Notes under the pieces: model-generated
Told to the model about the DNA's origin: nothing
The model's database searches: none
The model's input: the letters and a program-made list of their open reading frames with translations, nothing else
Assembly (NCBI GenBank): GCA_039201235.1
Contig: JBCCRT010000003.1
Coordinates: 357-64,356 of the forward strand
DNA length: 64,000 nt
Source of the DNA: Planctomycetota bacterium
GTDB lineage: Bacteria > Planctomycetota > Phycisphaerae > Phycisphaerales > Phycisphaeraceae
Direction of reading: 5' to 3'
Made by a program: the position numbers and the translations under genes
Shown here: positions 33,841-43,038 of the stretch, piece by piece
Position numbering within the stretch: the first letter of the stretch is position 1
How the letters are laid out: the number at the start of each line of letters is the position of its first letter

Positions 33841-35463
33841 ATGGCGTCACCCCCCGAAGTGAATACGACGTTGGCGCCGGTCTGGATCGTGGCCTTCGTC
33901 GGGCACCGCCCCAGCGCGGAGACCGGCCGGTCTCGCGAAGAGCTGGCGGCCTGCGCGGAGCCGCTGAAAGAAGCGTTGCGGTCGCTGAACACCGCGGCCC
34001 GGGAGGCGGGCGGACGCGTGGAACTGCTCACGAGCGCCGCCGCGGGCTCCGACCTCGAGGCGGCCGACGCCGCGGAGGCTCTGGGTCTTGCGGTCCACGT
34101 CATCCTGCCCAAGCCGGAGGACGCGTTTGGCGAAGACTTCACCGGCCCGTCCGCCGAGGACTGGCCGCGGGCCCGACGCCGGATCGCCGCCGCCCGCGCT
34201 GGCGCGGGCCACGGCTCGTTGCGCATCGCCGCGGGCGACAACACCGCACCGGACTGCTACCACGAAGCCAACACCCAGATGCTCAAGGTCAGCGACGTCC
34301 TGCTGACGGTCTACAACGGCCGGCCGAGCGATCAGCCCGGCGGCACGTCGGACGCCGTCGCCCAGGCCGAAGCCCTCGGCCGGCCCGTCTTCCGCATCGA
34401 TCCGGCCGACGCCGGCCGGGTGTATCGGCCCGACGACCCGATGGCCTGGACGCGGATCGACGCGGACAACCAGAAGCTGTTCACCGACGTGCAAAAGGGC
34501 CCGCCGGACGCCGCCCCGGGGTCGGCCCCGGCCGAAGCCGGAGGCACCGCCGGCGTGCTCGACGCACTGGACCGACGCGCCACGCACACCGCCACCCGCT
34601 TCCGCGGCCGCCTGATTTGGTCCGTGCGTCTGCACCTCGCTTCGGCTCTGATCGCCGCGGTCTCCGCCACACTCGGGCCTTTCCTCGTCGGGGACAAAAC
34701 CGGCAAGTCCCACGGCGTCGCCGACGTGCCGCATCTTTACTTCGGGCCGCTCCAGGCGTTCACCTCGGTCGAGTTCGTGCTCGTGATGATCGCCCTGGGG
34801 CTGACGGTGCGGGCGCACTTCGGCCACTTCCACCACGACTGGCGGCGGGTCCGCCTCGCCGCGGAGATCACCCGCGGCATCCACGCGACCCGCGGCATGC
34901 TCGACCCGCTCGAGCCGCTGATCCTGCGGCACGCCCCGACCTGGCGCCGCTTCGCCGTCAGCGTGTCGGTCCTCGCCGGCCGAGACGCCCCACGCGGCGA
35001 CCCGCCCGCCCGAAGCGACCGGTATCAAGACGAACGGGTCGAGCCGCAGATGGCGTACTTCCGACGCGAGCACGCCAAGTCCCGCCCGCGGGCCAATTGG
35101 CTCGGGCGGGTCAGCGCGGTCGCCACCCTGGCCGCGCCGCCCTGCATCCTGCTGGCCCTGGTGCTCAAGCTGTTCTACAAACCCTTTGTCGCCGACGACT
35201 GGTTCGCCGCGATGGTCGCCAACGGCCTGCCGGTGATCCTGCCGCTGGTCGCCGCCTTCGCCACCGCCCTGATGGTGGCCGGCGACCACGCGCGGCGGGC
35301 GGAACGTTACGAACAGATGATCGGGCGGCTGGAGCAGTCGACGCGGCTGCTCGAGACACTGAAAACCGACGGCGCGGTCTCCCGGACGATCGCCGACATC
35401 GAGGAGCTGCTGCTCGACGAATTGATCGAGTGGTACGCCGCCTCCAACTACACCGGCGAATAA
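33841..35463 (+). CDS. SLOG (YspA/DUF1273-like) nucleotide-binding domain fused to two SLATT (2TM) effector domains
   Basis: SLOG: 'VAFVGHR', 'SAAAGSDL', 'VILPKP', 'SDVLLTVYNG...GGTSDAV..A...GRPVFRID'. SLATT-like: TM pair then 'WRRVRLAAE'; 'Y.DERV..Q..YF', a second TM pair and 'IEELLLDELIEW'. Confidence 0.7.
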   Translation: MASPPEVNTTLAPVWIVAFVGHRPSAETGRSREELAACAEPLKEALRSLNTAAREAGGRVELLTSAAAGSDLEAADAAEALGLAVHVILPKPEDAFGEDFTGPSAEDWPRARRRIAAARAGAGHGSLRIAAGDNTAPDCYHEANTQMLKVSDVLLTVYNGRPSDQPGGTSDAVAQAEALGRPVFRIDPADAGRVYRPDDPMAWTRIDADNQKLFTDVQKGPPDAAPGSAPAEAGGTAGVLDALDRRATHTATRFRGRLIWSVRLHLASALIAAVSATLGPFLVGDKTGKSHGVADVPHLYFGPLQAFTSVEFVLVMIALGLTVRAHFGHFHHDWRRVRLAAEITRGIHATRGMLDPLEPLILRHAPTWRRFAVSVSVLAGRDAPRGDPPARSDRYQDERVEPQMAYFRREHAKSRPRANWLGRVSAVATLAAPPCILLALVLKLFYKPFVADDWFAAMVANGLPVILPLVAAFATALMVAGDHARRAERYEQMIGRLEQSTRLLETLKTDGAVSRTIADIEELLLDELIEWYAASNYTGE

Positions 35464-35507
35464 GCCGGCCCCCGCCCCCGGCCGCGTCGGCCCGATGCGG
35501 TAGCGAT

Positions 35508-38500
35508 ATGCAGACGACACCGGTATTTTGCGGCGAGTGCGGCACGATCTGCCCGGTCGGGGTGGAGACCGACGAGCCGCCGCGCTGCGCCGACTGCCTC
35601 GCGCCGCTGCCGCGGTCGACCGGCGAAGACGTCTTCATTAGCTATAGCACCCCCCAGCTCGCGCAGGCCCGCCGGCTCGGGCGACGCCTGCACGAAGATG
35701 GCATCCCCTTCTGGCTCGCCCCGGAATTCATCCGCCCCAGCGACGACTTCACCCGCCGCATCACCGCCGCCCTGGAGCGGGCGCGGGTGGTCGTGCTGCT
35801 GCTTTCGGCCGAGTCGCTGCGGTCGCCCTGGGTCGAGCTCGAAGCCGCCACCGCGGTGTCCCGGCGGCTCAAGCTGATCGCGGTCCGCCTCGGCGGTGTC
35901 GCGCTGCCGGCCCACTGGAACTTCATGCTCGGCCAGAGCCAGTGGGTCGAGGCCGACGCCGAATTCAGCGACGAATTTGTCCGCGCCGTGACCCACCAGT
36001 GCGGGGTCACGGTCGGCAGCGCGATCCTGCAGCAGGAGCAACTCGAGGCCTTGCAAGACCTGCCGCCCCGCAGCACCGAGCCGCTCAAGGGCGTGAGCCA
36101 GGACGCGGAGGTCTACGTCGGGCCCCGGCCCTACCCCGACGACATGGCGGGCTTCTTCTTCGGCCGCAACGTCGAAATCAATCAGATCATCGAACACCTG
36201 AACCACCACCCGACGGTGCTGCTGATCTCGCCTTCGGGGGCCGGCAAAAGCTCGCTGCTGAACGTCGGGCTCACGCCGCGGTTCCGGGACGCGGGGCACC
36301 AGGTCTATGCGGCGGCCCGGGTCGGGCGGTCGCTGCCCCAAGCGCTGCGCAGCCGGCGGGAAGCGGTCGCCAATATCTTCACGTTTTCGACCCTCTTCGG
36401 CCTGGGCCACAAGTCCGAACCGCCCCGGCTCGATGCGACTCTGCGGGAAGCGTTCGACGCCCTACCCCGGCCCGAACCCGGCCGACGACGCATCCTTATC
36501 CTCGACCAGTTCGAGGAGATCTTCACCCAGCACCGCGACCGTTTCGGCGATCGGCACGCCTGGGTCGAGCAGTTCGTCGAGATGCTGTGTGACGACGCCG
36601 ACCTGCGTGTCGTCCTCGCGATGCGGCAGGAATACCTGGCCGACTTCCAGCTGCTGTTCGATGGGGTGTCGCCGGCGTATTACCCCCGCCGGGTGCGAAT
36701 CGGCCGGCTGCGGGGGCAGGCCTTGCGGGACGCGATCGAGCGTCCCGCGGCCCGCTTCGTCGGGTACGACCCCGCGGTGGTTGACGAGATCCTGCGCCAG
36801 CTCCACATCGTCCGCTTCATCCAGCCGGACGGCAGCACGATCGAGAAACCCGGCGAGTTCATCGAGCTGTGCCACCTCCAGATCGTCTGCCAGCGGCTGT
36901 GGAAGTCGATGCCCCCGGGCGTCACGCGGGTCGAGCCCGAGCACCTGGGCGTCGTGGCCGAAGCCTATGCCGAGCAGCGGTTCGGCACGTTCGTGAAGGA
37001 CGCCCTCGAGAAGTTCTACAACAACTGCGTGACCGAGGCGGCCAACAGCGACCTGACCCGGCGGATGGGCGGGTTCCACCCGGACCTGATCAAGATGGGC
37101 TGCATGAAGTTCGTCACCCGGGAAGGCACCCGTGTGTCGGTTCAGGAGGGCCGGACCCGCACGGGGCGGCTGCCCAACTGGATCGTCAAACAGCTCGCCG
37201 ACGCCTACCTGCTCCGCATCGATTCGATCGGCAACGAGCGCTGGTACGAGCTGTCGCACGACCTGGTGGCCCAGGCGATCCAGCAGACGATCGACCCAGG
37301 CGTCGACCAGCTTCTGCACGCCTCGGACATGCTCGAGAAACAGCTCGCCCAGACCCTGGAAACCCGGCCGGCGGGCCTCGACGACCTGTTCCCCGAGCTG
37401 CCGGAGACGCTGGCGGTGTGTCAGCCGTTCCAGCTGCAGGCGGGGCTGTTTCCCGACGAGGCCGAGTTCGTGATGCGGATCAGCCTCCGGACTGGCCGGG
37501 AAATCTCGGCTTGGTCCCAGCGGTTGCGCCAAGACCACCCCGAGGTCTTGGACCGGGTGCTGGACAACGCGACGCGTCACCCCGACCCCGCCGTGCGGGC
37601 CCACGCGGCCGAAGCGGTCTGGTCCGACCCCGACGACCGGAGCGTGCCGCGGCTGACGGGGCTGCTGGTCGACGACCCGGCCGCGTCGGTACGCAGCGAC
37701 GCCGCGCGGGCGTTGCTGCGGCTGGCCGACCGCGACGGTTTCGAGGCCCTGGCCGATCGGATGGTCGGCGTGACCGAGGCGGAGCGGCCGCGGCTGCAGA
37801 GGGCGGTGTCGCTGCTGCGGGCCTACGCCGACGTCGCCGAGACACCCACGTTCGAACGCAGCTACCGCCACCTGCCGCGGGGGGCACGGACGCCCATCCG
37901 GCTGCGGGCGTGGGGCCGACGGTTCCTCGACGCCCTGCCCCTGCTGCCCGGCGTCTTCCTGCCCGCGGCGCTATTTGCGGCCGCGATCGCCGGCCCCTTC
38001 AAGATGCTGCCCGCCGCGTTCGACTGGGCGCTGGTGCAGGACGAACCCGGGGTCGGCAAGGGCTTGTTCCACGGCATCGTCGCCGGCGTGATCTGGGGCG
38101 GGCTCATCCCCACCGGCCTCATGCTGTACCGCACGACGTTCTGGCGCGCCGGGAAACCCGCGGGGCTGCTGCGCCCCGTCGGGACGCTCGTGGCTGGCGC
38201 GGTCTCGGGCGTGATCGCCAGCGCGATCGTGACCGCCTCGATCCTGGGGGTCTACAGCCACGATTCATTACGGATGATGGGGTGGATCCATACCCAGACG
38301 GTCGGCGGCGGATCGGGCGTGTTCCTGCGAGACCTGTTTACGCAGACCCGCATGGGGTGGTCGCACATGATCCTCGGCACGGCGTTGGGGCTGGGCTTCG
38401 CCCTCACCGCCAACCTCGTCAAAGCCGACGGCCGGTGGGACGCCTACCTGCACGGCCAACACGCCATTTCGCGGGCCCGGGACGTGTGGGAAGCCGTCGG

Positions 38501-38753
38501 CCGCTTGACCCGTATCGTTTTGCCCAACGCGTGGCCCCTGCTGTTCACGCAAGGCATCACGACCGTGCTGGTGTGGTGGCTGCTGGTACCGGGCGACGGC
38601 ACGGAAGGAACCAATCGTTACGTCTTCGTTAACCTCGCAGGCGACGCCGCGACCCAGGCCGTCGGGGCCGTGGCCGCGACCGTCGGCGCCTGCTTCGGGC
38701 TGCTGATCTTGCGGCGCGGGCTCTCGCTGCAACCCCGGCGAGACCCGTTTTGA
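35508..38753 (+). CDS. Zn-ribbon + TIR + STAND (nSTAND1-like) NTPase + HEAT repeats + multi-TM protein
   Basis: CGEC...CADC; TIR 'DVFISYS...SPWVELEA' (catalytic Glu kept); 'YVGPRPY...FFGR', SPSGAGKSS, ILDQFEEIF, 'ELSHD'; HEAT 'DPAVRAHAA', 'AASVRSDAA'; ~6 C-terminal hydrophobic helices. ATG 35508. Confidence 0.85.
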   Translation: MQTTPVFCGECGTICPVGVETDEPPRCADCLAPLPRSTGEDVFISYSTPQLAQARRLGRRLHEDGIPFWLAPEFIRPSDDFTRRITAALERARVVVLLLSAESLRSPWVELEAATAVSRRLKLIAVRLGGVALPAHWNFMLGQSQWVEADAEFSDEFVRAVTHQCGVTVGSAILQQEQLEALQDLPPRSTEPLKGVSQDAEVYVGPRPYPDDMAGFFFGRNVEINQIIEHLNHHPTVLLISPSGAGKSSLLNVGLTPRFRDAGHQVYAAARVGRSLPQALRSRREAVANIFTFSTLFGLGHKSEPPRLDATLREAFDALPRPEPGRRRILILDQFEEIFTQHRDRFGDRHAWVEQFVEMLCDDADLRVVLAMRQEYLADFQLLFDGVSPAYYPRRVRIGRLRGQALRDAIERPAARFVGYDPAVVDEILRQLHIVRFIQPDGSTIEKPGEFIELCHLQIVCQRLWKSMPPGVTRVEPEHLGVVAEAYAEQRFGTFVKDALEKFYNNCVTEAANSDLTRRMGGFHPDLIKMGCMKFVTREGTRVSVQEGRTRTGRLPNWIVKQLADAYLLRIDSIGNERWYELSHDLVAQAIQQTIDPGVDQLLHASDMLEKQLAQTLETRPAGLDDLFPELPETLAVCQPFQLQAGLFPDEAEFVMRISLRTGREISAWSQRLRQDHPEVLDRVLDNATRHPDPAVRAHAAEAVWSDPDDRSVPRLTGLLVDDPAASVRSDAARALLRLADRDGFEALADRMVGVTEAERPRLQRAVSLLRAYADVAETPTFERSYRHLPRGARTPIRLRAWGRRFLDALPLLPGVFLPAALFAAAIAGPFKMLPAAFDWALVQDEPGVGKGLFHGIVAGVIWGGLIPTGLMLYRTTFWRAGKPAGLLRPVGTLVAGAVSGVIASAIVTASILGVYSHDSLRMMGWIHTQTVGGGSGVFLRDLFTQTRMGWSHMILGTALGLGFALTANLVKADGRWDAYLHGQHAISRARDVWEAVGRLTRIVLPNAWPLLFTQGITTVLVWWLLVPGDGTEGTNRYVFVNLAGDAATQAVGAVAATVGACFGLLILRRGLSLQPRRDPF

Positions 38754-39805
38754 CCCCGAGCGACAACGGCGGCACCCGGCTCTTCGGCCACGACGCCCAA
38801 GCGGTAATCGCCCTGATCCGGCGACGCGGCGAACGGGCCGCCCGGGGCCAACCCTTCGCCGACCCCCACCGCCTCGGTCTGGTCATCGAGGGCGGAGCGA
38901 TGCGCGGGGTCCTGCCCGCCGGCGGTGTCTACGCCCTCGCGCGGCTGGGGCTGGGCCACGTCTTCGACCAGGTCTTCGCCACCTCGGCCGGCGTGATGAG
39001 CGCCGCGTACCTCTTGTCCGATCAACCCGAGACCGGCATCCGCGTCTACTTCGAACACTGCGCCTGTCGACGCTTCATCGATCAACGCCGCTGGTGGAAG
39101 ACCCTTGACTTGGATTGGCTTTTCGACCGGGTCATCCGTGACGCCAAGCGACTCGACGTCGAAAAACTCCGCGGAGCATCCGCGCGTCTCCGCGTCGCGG
39201 CCACCCGCTACGACACGGCCGAAGCCTGCCTGCTCGATGCCAACCGCGGCGATACCGACACGCTAGATGCCCTCAAGGCCGCAATGGCCATCCCGGTTTT
39301 CTACAACCGCACGGTCCCGGTCGGTGCGCACAACTACATCGACGGCGGCTTGCAAAACCCCGTCCCCTTCGTCTCGGCCCTGGAGCACGGCTGCACCCAC
39401 GTCCTGACTCTGCTCGCCCAACCACACGACTACGTGCGGGACCCGCAGCCTCGATCCAACCGACTCGTCTTCAATCTCCTTTTCGGCAGGTTCGATCCGG
39501 CGCGAAACGGGTTGCTGCGGCAATATCACCTCCGGGATCATTCGATCCGGCAGCAAGCCCTGGGTTCAACGCCCAAACCCGCCGGCGTAAGCATCGCAAC
39601 GATCACCGCGCCAAGGCCGATCTCGCTGTCGCCGTTTTGCACCGACGCCCGGAAGCTACGCGACGCTGCAGACGCTTACCGACGCGCCGTGATGAGTGTT
39701 TTCGGAAACGATCCCGACCGCTTGGCACTCCCGCAAACGATGGAGGCGGTAAACCCGCGCCGAAAATCAAAACATTTTTATCCTTCTTCTTCGAACGAAG
39801 ATTAG
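38750..39805 (+). CDS. second patatin-like phospholipase (different subfamily)
   Basis: GLVIEGGAMRG, ATSAG, YIDGG. The TTG start overlaps the upstream TGA. Confidence 0.85.
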   Translation: MTPSDNGGTRLFGHDAQAVIALIRRRGERAARGQPFADPHRLGLVIEGGAMRGVLPAGGVYALARLGLGHVFDQVFATSAGVMSAAYLLSDQPETGIRVYFEHCACRRFIDQRRWWKTLDLDWLFDRVIRDAKRLDVEKLRGASARLRVAATRYDTAEACLLDANRGDTDTLDALKAAMAIPVFYNRTVPVGAHNYIDGGLQNPVPFVSALEHGCTHVLTLLAQPHDYVRDPQPRSNRLVFNLLFGRFDPARNGLLRQYHLRDHSIRQQALGSTPKPAGVSIATITAPRPISLSPFCTDARKLRDAADAYRRAVMSVFGNDPDRLALPQTMEAVNPRRKSKHFYPSSSNED

Positions 39806-39899
39806 AGGGGACGGTCGTACGAAGGCGGTTGGCGTGTCCGGTCTTCTGTTTGAATTGTGCTTGGCAGGCTCATCAAGTACGAAGTATTCAACAAATAGT

Positions 39900-39937
39900 G
39901 CGAGTGTAGCTCAGTTGGTAGAGCCTCAGCTTCCCAA
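39900..39937 (+). repeat. 5'-half fragment of tRNA-Gly(CCC), att-like direct repeat
   Basis: GCGAGTGTAGCTCAGTTGGTAGAGCCTCAGCTTCCCAA matches 53914-53951 at 36/38 nt and ends exactly at the end of the anticodon loop. Confidence 0.9.
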
Positions 39938-40191
39938 TGAGTTCCGGGAGTAATCGTTACTCTTTGATATTAAATAGTTTGCGTTAATCAAGCCCTTGTC
40001 TTTTAAGAACTTGGGCCAGTGATCTGAACACCTTAGGGGCACCTGCGGGCTATCCGATGACCACTTGCGAGACCGAGTTTGGTTGGAAAAACGTTTGGAG
40101 TGTCTTGGTCCAACGGAGTCAGTCGGCGATCACAACCAACCCGATTCCTTCATAACAGGTTGACCATAGATCCCCTTAGGGTCTCCGGCAG

Positions 40192-40735
40192 CACGGACGA
40201 CAACGCATTATCACTCTCGCCGCCCGTACCGCTCACGGGTTGGCGGACGGCGAAGACCCCGCCGACGATCAACGCAAGCAAGCCGCCAAGTCGCTTATCA
40301 AGCAAGCCGTCAAGCCTTCCTACAACCTCGCCTTCCGCAACCACCTGCGCGAAGCCAAGCAGCAGTCCGGGCAGGTCATCTACACCATTATTATCGAAGA
40401 GGTTTAAACCGATAGTGCTGGCTTTGACAACGCAGCATGCGAATACGCCCAAGTCATCGTGGACAACTTCTAGCTATGAATTGAAGAGTACAAAGTTAAT
40501 TTTAATGCTTGCAGATTTTTTACTACAGGCCGTTCCGTCAATGCCTTAGCTTCGATGCCCGCTAGGACATCTTCCGCCGCTAGCTATCACCTTCCGAAGG
40601 TCTCTGAAACGCTTACGAATCACTCGACGCCCGCCCCTTGTCGGACCGAGACTCGGCACGGACCCGACAACTCACCGATCTCGTGACGCTCATTCGCCAC
40701 ACCATCCACCCCGACGAACCGCTGTTCGTGCCACG
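40192..40735 (+). pseudogene. hsdR: degraded C-terminal fragment of a type I restriction enzyme R subunit (EcoEI-R C-terminal-like)
   Basis: Stitched translation across stops and frameshifts: LIKQAVKPSYNLAFRNHLREAKQQSGQVI...SAGFDNAA.EYAQVIVDNF...IEEYK...LQIFYYRPFRQ.LSF...L*NAYESLD...QLTDLVTLIRH...DEPL. Confidence 0.6.
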
Positions 40736-40852
40736 CCAAGCTCACCCTCCCCGCGACACGACAATGACGCGTGGTTCATACGTCAAGCCCGGCGGGAGTG
40801 GGATCGGAAAGCGCACCTTGCCCAAAAGGATTACGGCCTTCACGAACCAACC

Positions 40853-42022
40853 CTACTCCGACTTCGCCCACCGGCGGTAGTCGCGCGGAGGCCGGCCGGT
40901 CTCTTGGCTGACCGCGCGCGACATGTGGGAAATGGTCTTGAACCCGGAGCGGGCGGCGATCTCGACCATCTTCAGGTCGGTGGTCTGCAGCAGATGCAGC
41001 ACGCTACGCATGCGCTGGCGGGCGATCTCCTCGGCGACGGTCCGGCCGACGATCCGCTTGAACTTCTCGTCGAGCCCGCGGCGGGAGACGATGACCAGCT
41101 CGGCGACTCGCTGGGCGGTGAGGCCCGTCCCCTCGGCCAAGTGGTGGTGGATGTGGCGCAGCGCTTCGGCGACGTCGTGGTCGTCGGTGGCCATCACCTG
41201 CGTGCTCATGCGTTCGATCACGCCGAGCGGCCGGACCCGGTGGGGCGTCTCGGGCGCGGGGCCGCCCTCGGACAACGCGATCGCCAACCGGGCGGCCTCG
41301 TAGCCGATCCGGTCGTTGTGGGTGTTGACGCTGCTCAGCGACGGCAGGCAGGACTCGCAGAGGATCTCGTCGTCGCCGACGCCCATGACCGCGACCTCGT
41401 TGGGCACCTCCAGCCCGGCGATGTGCAGCGCCTGCAACGCCAGAACCGCCAGCCAGTCCGCGAAGCAGAGGATGCCGATCGGCCGGGGCATCTCGCGGAA
41501 GATGTCCGCCTGGCGGGCGACGTCCTGGGACCAGTCGGAACGGCTAAGCAGGCTCGGGATCTCGATCAGCCGGTCGGTCATCCCCGCCGCCGCCGCCGCT
41601 TGCTCGAAGCCCCGGCGACGCACCGGCCCGTCCACCTCGCCCCACTCCAGGTACGCGAAGTGCGTCAGCCCCAGCGAGCGGAAATGCTCGAACGCCAGCC
41701 GGCCCGCCTCGAAGTTGTCGCCGCACACCGTCGGGTACGGCAGCGGCTCGATCGTCTCGATCAGGTTCACCACCGGCACACGGAATTTCTCCGCCAGCGT
41801 CCGCAACCGCGGCGACCACAGGTCCAGGATCACCGCGTCCGCCCACCGCGGCACGTCGTCCGGGACCAGGGCCGGCTGGTCGTAAGGCAGCGTCAGCAAG
41901 GTCCACTCGCGCCGCTCGTGCAGGTACCGGCTGATGCCGCGGAAATACCGGCGGTCCGGCATCTGCCGCAGCAGCATGGTTTTCGTGTCCCGGTACCAAC
42001 CTGCGCCGAGCTTTTTGGGCAT
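40853..42022 (-). CDS. XylR-type regulator (periplasmic-binding-like sensor + AraC HTH)
   Basis: 'GDNFEAGRLAFEHF', 'VPNEVAVMGVGDD..LCE...PSLSSV'; C-terminal AraC HTH 'EIAARSGF...MSRAV...TG.PPRDYR'. Confidence 0.88.
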   Translation of the reverse strand: MPKKLGAGWYRDTKTMLLRQMPDRRYFRGISRYLHERREWTLLTLPYDQPALVPDDVPRWADAVILDLWSPRLRTLAEKFRVPVVNLIETIEPLPYPTVCGDNFEAGRLAFEHFRSLGLTHFAYLEWGEVDGPVRRRGFEQAAAAAGMTDRLIEIPSLLSRSDWSQDVARQADIFREMPRPIGILCFADWLAVLALQALHIAGLEVPNEVAVMGVGDDEILCESCLPSLSSVNTHNDRIGYEAARLAIALSEGGPAPETPHRVRPLGVIERMSTQVMATDDHDVAEALRHIHHHLAEGTGLTAQRVAELVIVSRRGLDEKFKRIVGRTVAEEIARQRMRSVLHLLQTTDLKMVEIAARSGFKTISHMSRAVSQETGRPPRDYRRWAKSE

Positions 42023-42240
42023 CGCAAACCACCCCGCACGGAACAAAATCCAGCGTTGCCAGAACTTTAGCGAAAGAACCGCAAAATCCTACCGCCGACT
42101 TCCAAATACGGCAACAATTATGCCATATTTAAATGTCGTCTATGCCGATGTTGTGTTTGAATACTTCACGTTGCAGCGGCGATCGCTGCTAAATCTTTTT
42201 CTTTTCAAGGCATTTCTTGAATTCTATTAGGAGATTGATC

Positions 42241-42906
42241 ATGCGTCAGTTCGGAAGTTTTCTGGTCGCCGCGGCGGCCGCGTCGGTCATCGGCACGGGG
42301 GCTCAGGCTGCGCTTCTAACTCAGAACGCGGGCTTCGAGCTCACCGGCAACGGCAACAACAGCTCCGCGAATAACGGCAACACCATCTTCGGCTGGGACT
42401 TCAGTTTCGACAACGATCCCGGCGGCTTTGCCGGCTGGAACGTGTTTATCGACCCCGACGTGCCCAGCAACATCGAGGGCTCGAGAGCGATGCGGCTCAA
42501 CAACACCACGATTTCGACCGAAGCGTCGGCCCGAGCGGCCGTCGTCGTGGGTACGGAATACATTCTTGAAGTCAATGCCGGGGAGTGGTCGGGAAGCAAC
42601 TCGGAACAGCAGACTCTGGCGATCGACTTTTTCGATGTCTCCGGGGTTTTAGTCTCCTCTCTCGAATCAACCTTCACTCCGGTGGATCGGGCTGAGGACG
42701 ACCTGCTGCCTACCGTCTCGGTGCAGGGCTTCGCGCCGGTGGGTGCCGTCACGGCGGGTGTGAGGTACGTCGGCGCGGGCGACTGGAGCATGGTCGATGA
42801 TTTTCGGCTCAACGTCGTGCCCGAACCCGGGTCGGTCGTGCTGATGGCCGCCGGGGCCGGCCTCTTGGGCCTGCGTCGCCGCCGTGCGGACCACGAAGAG
42901 AGCTAA
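42241..42906 (+). CDS. PEP-CTERM sorting domain protein
   Basis: RBS AGGAG; signal peptide; VPEPGSVVLMAAGAGLLGLRRRR. Confidence 0.9.
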   Translation: MRQFGSFLVAAAAASVIGTGAQAALLTQNAGFELTGNGNNSSANNGNTIFGWDFSFDNDPGGFAGWNVFIDPDVPSNIEGSRAMRLNNTTISTEASARAAVVVGTEYILEVNAGEWSGSNSEQQTLAIDFFDVSGVLVSSLESTFTPVDRAEDDLLPTVSVQGFAPVGAVTAGVRYVGAGDWSMVDDFRLNVVPEPGSVVLMAAGAGLLGLRRRRADHEES

Positions 42907-42919
42907 TTGGACAATATCC

Positions 42920-42949
42920 CGTGGGCCGGTAACACGGCCCACGAGTTTT
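42920..42949 (+). terminator. hairpin / weak terminator after the PEP-CTERM gene
   Basis: cgtgggccg-gtaaca-cggcccacg followed by agtttt. Confidence 0.5.
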
Positions 42950-43038
42950 CGATCGGCGGTTCTTCGGTCCGACCCGTGTTTTTCCGACTTCCGCTTTCCG
43001 ACTTCTGGTTAGTTCCCATTCTCTCGAAGGAGCCCACG

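Noticed and set aside
34617-35507. Apparent N-terminal extension of the TIR-STAND ORF
   Set aside because: Overlaps the SLOG-SLATT gene out of frame with low-complexity Arg-rich sequence; ATG 35508 is the plausible start.
40079-40549. 156-aa ORF at the island left end as a possible integrase/excisionase
   Set aside because: No tyrosine- or serine-recombinase motifs; another frame better matches an hsdR remnant.
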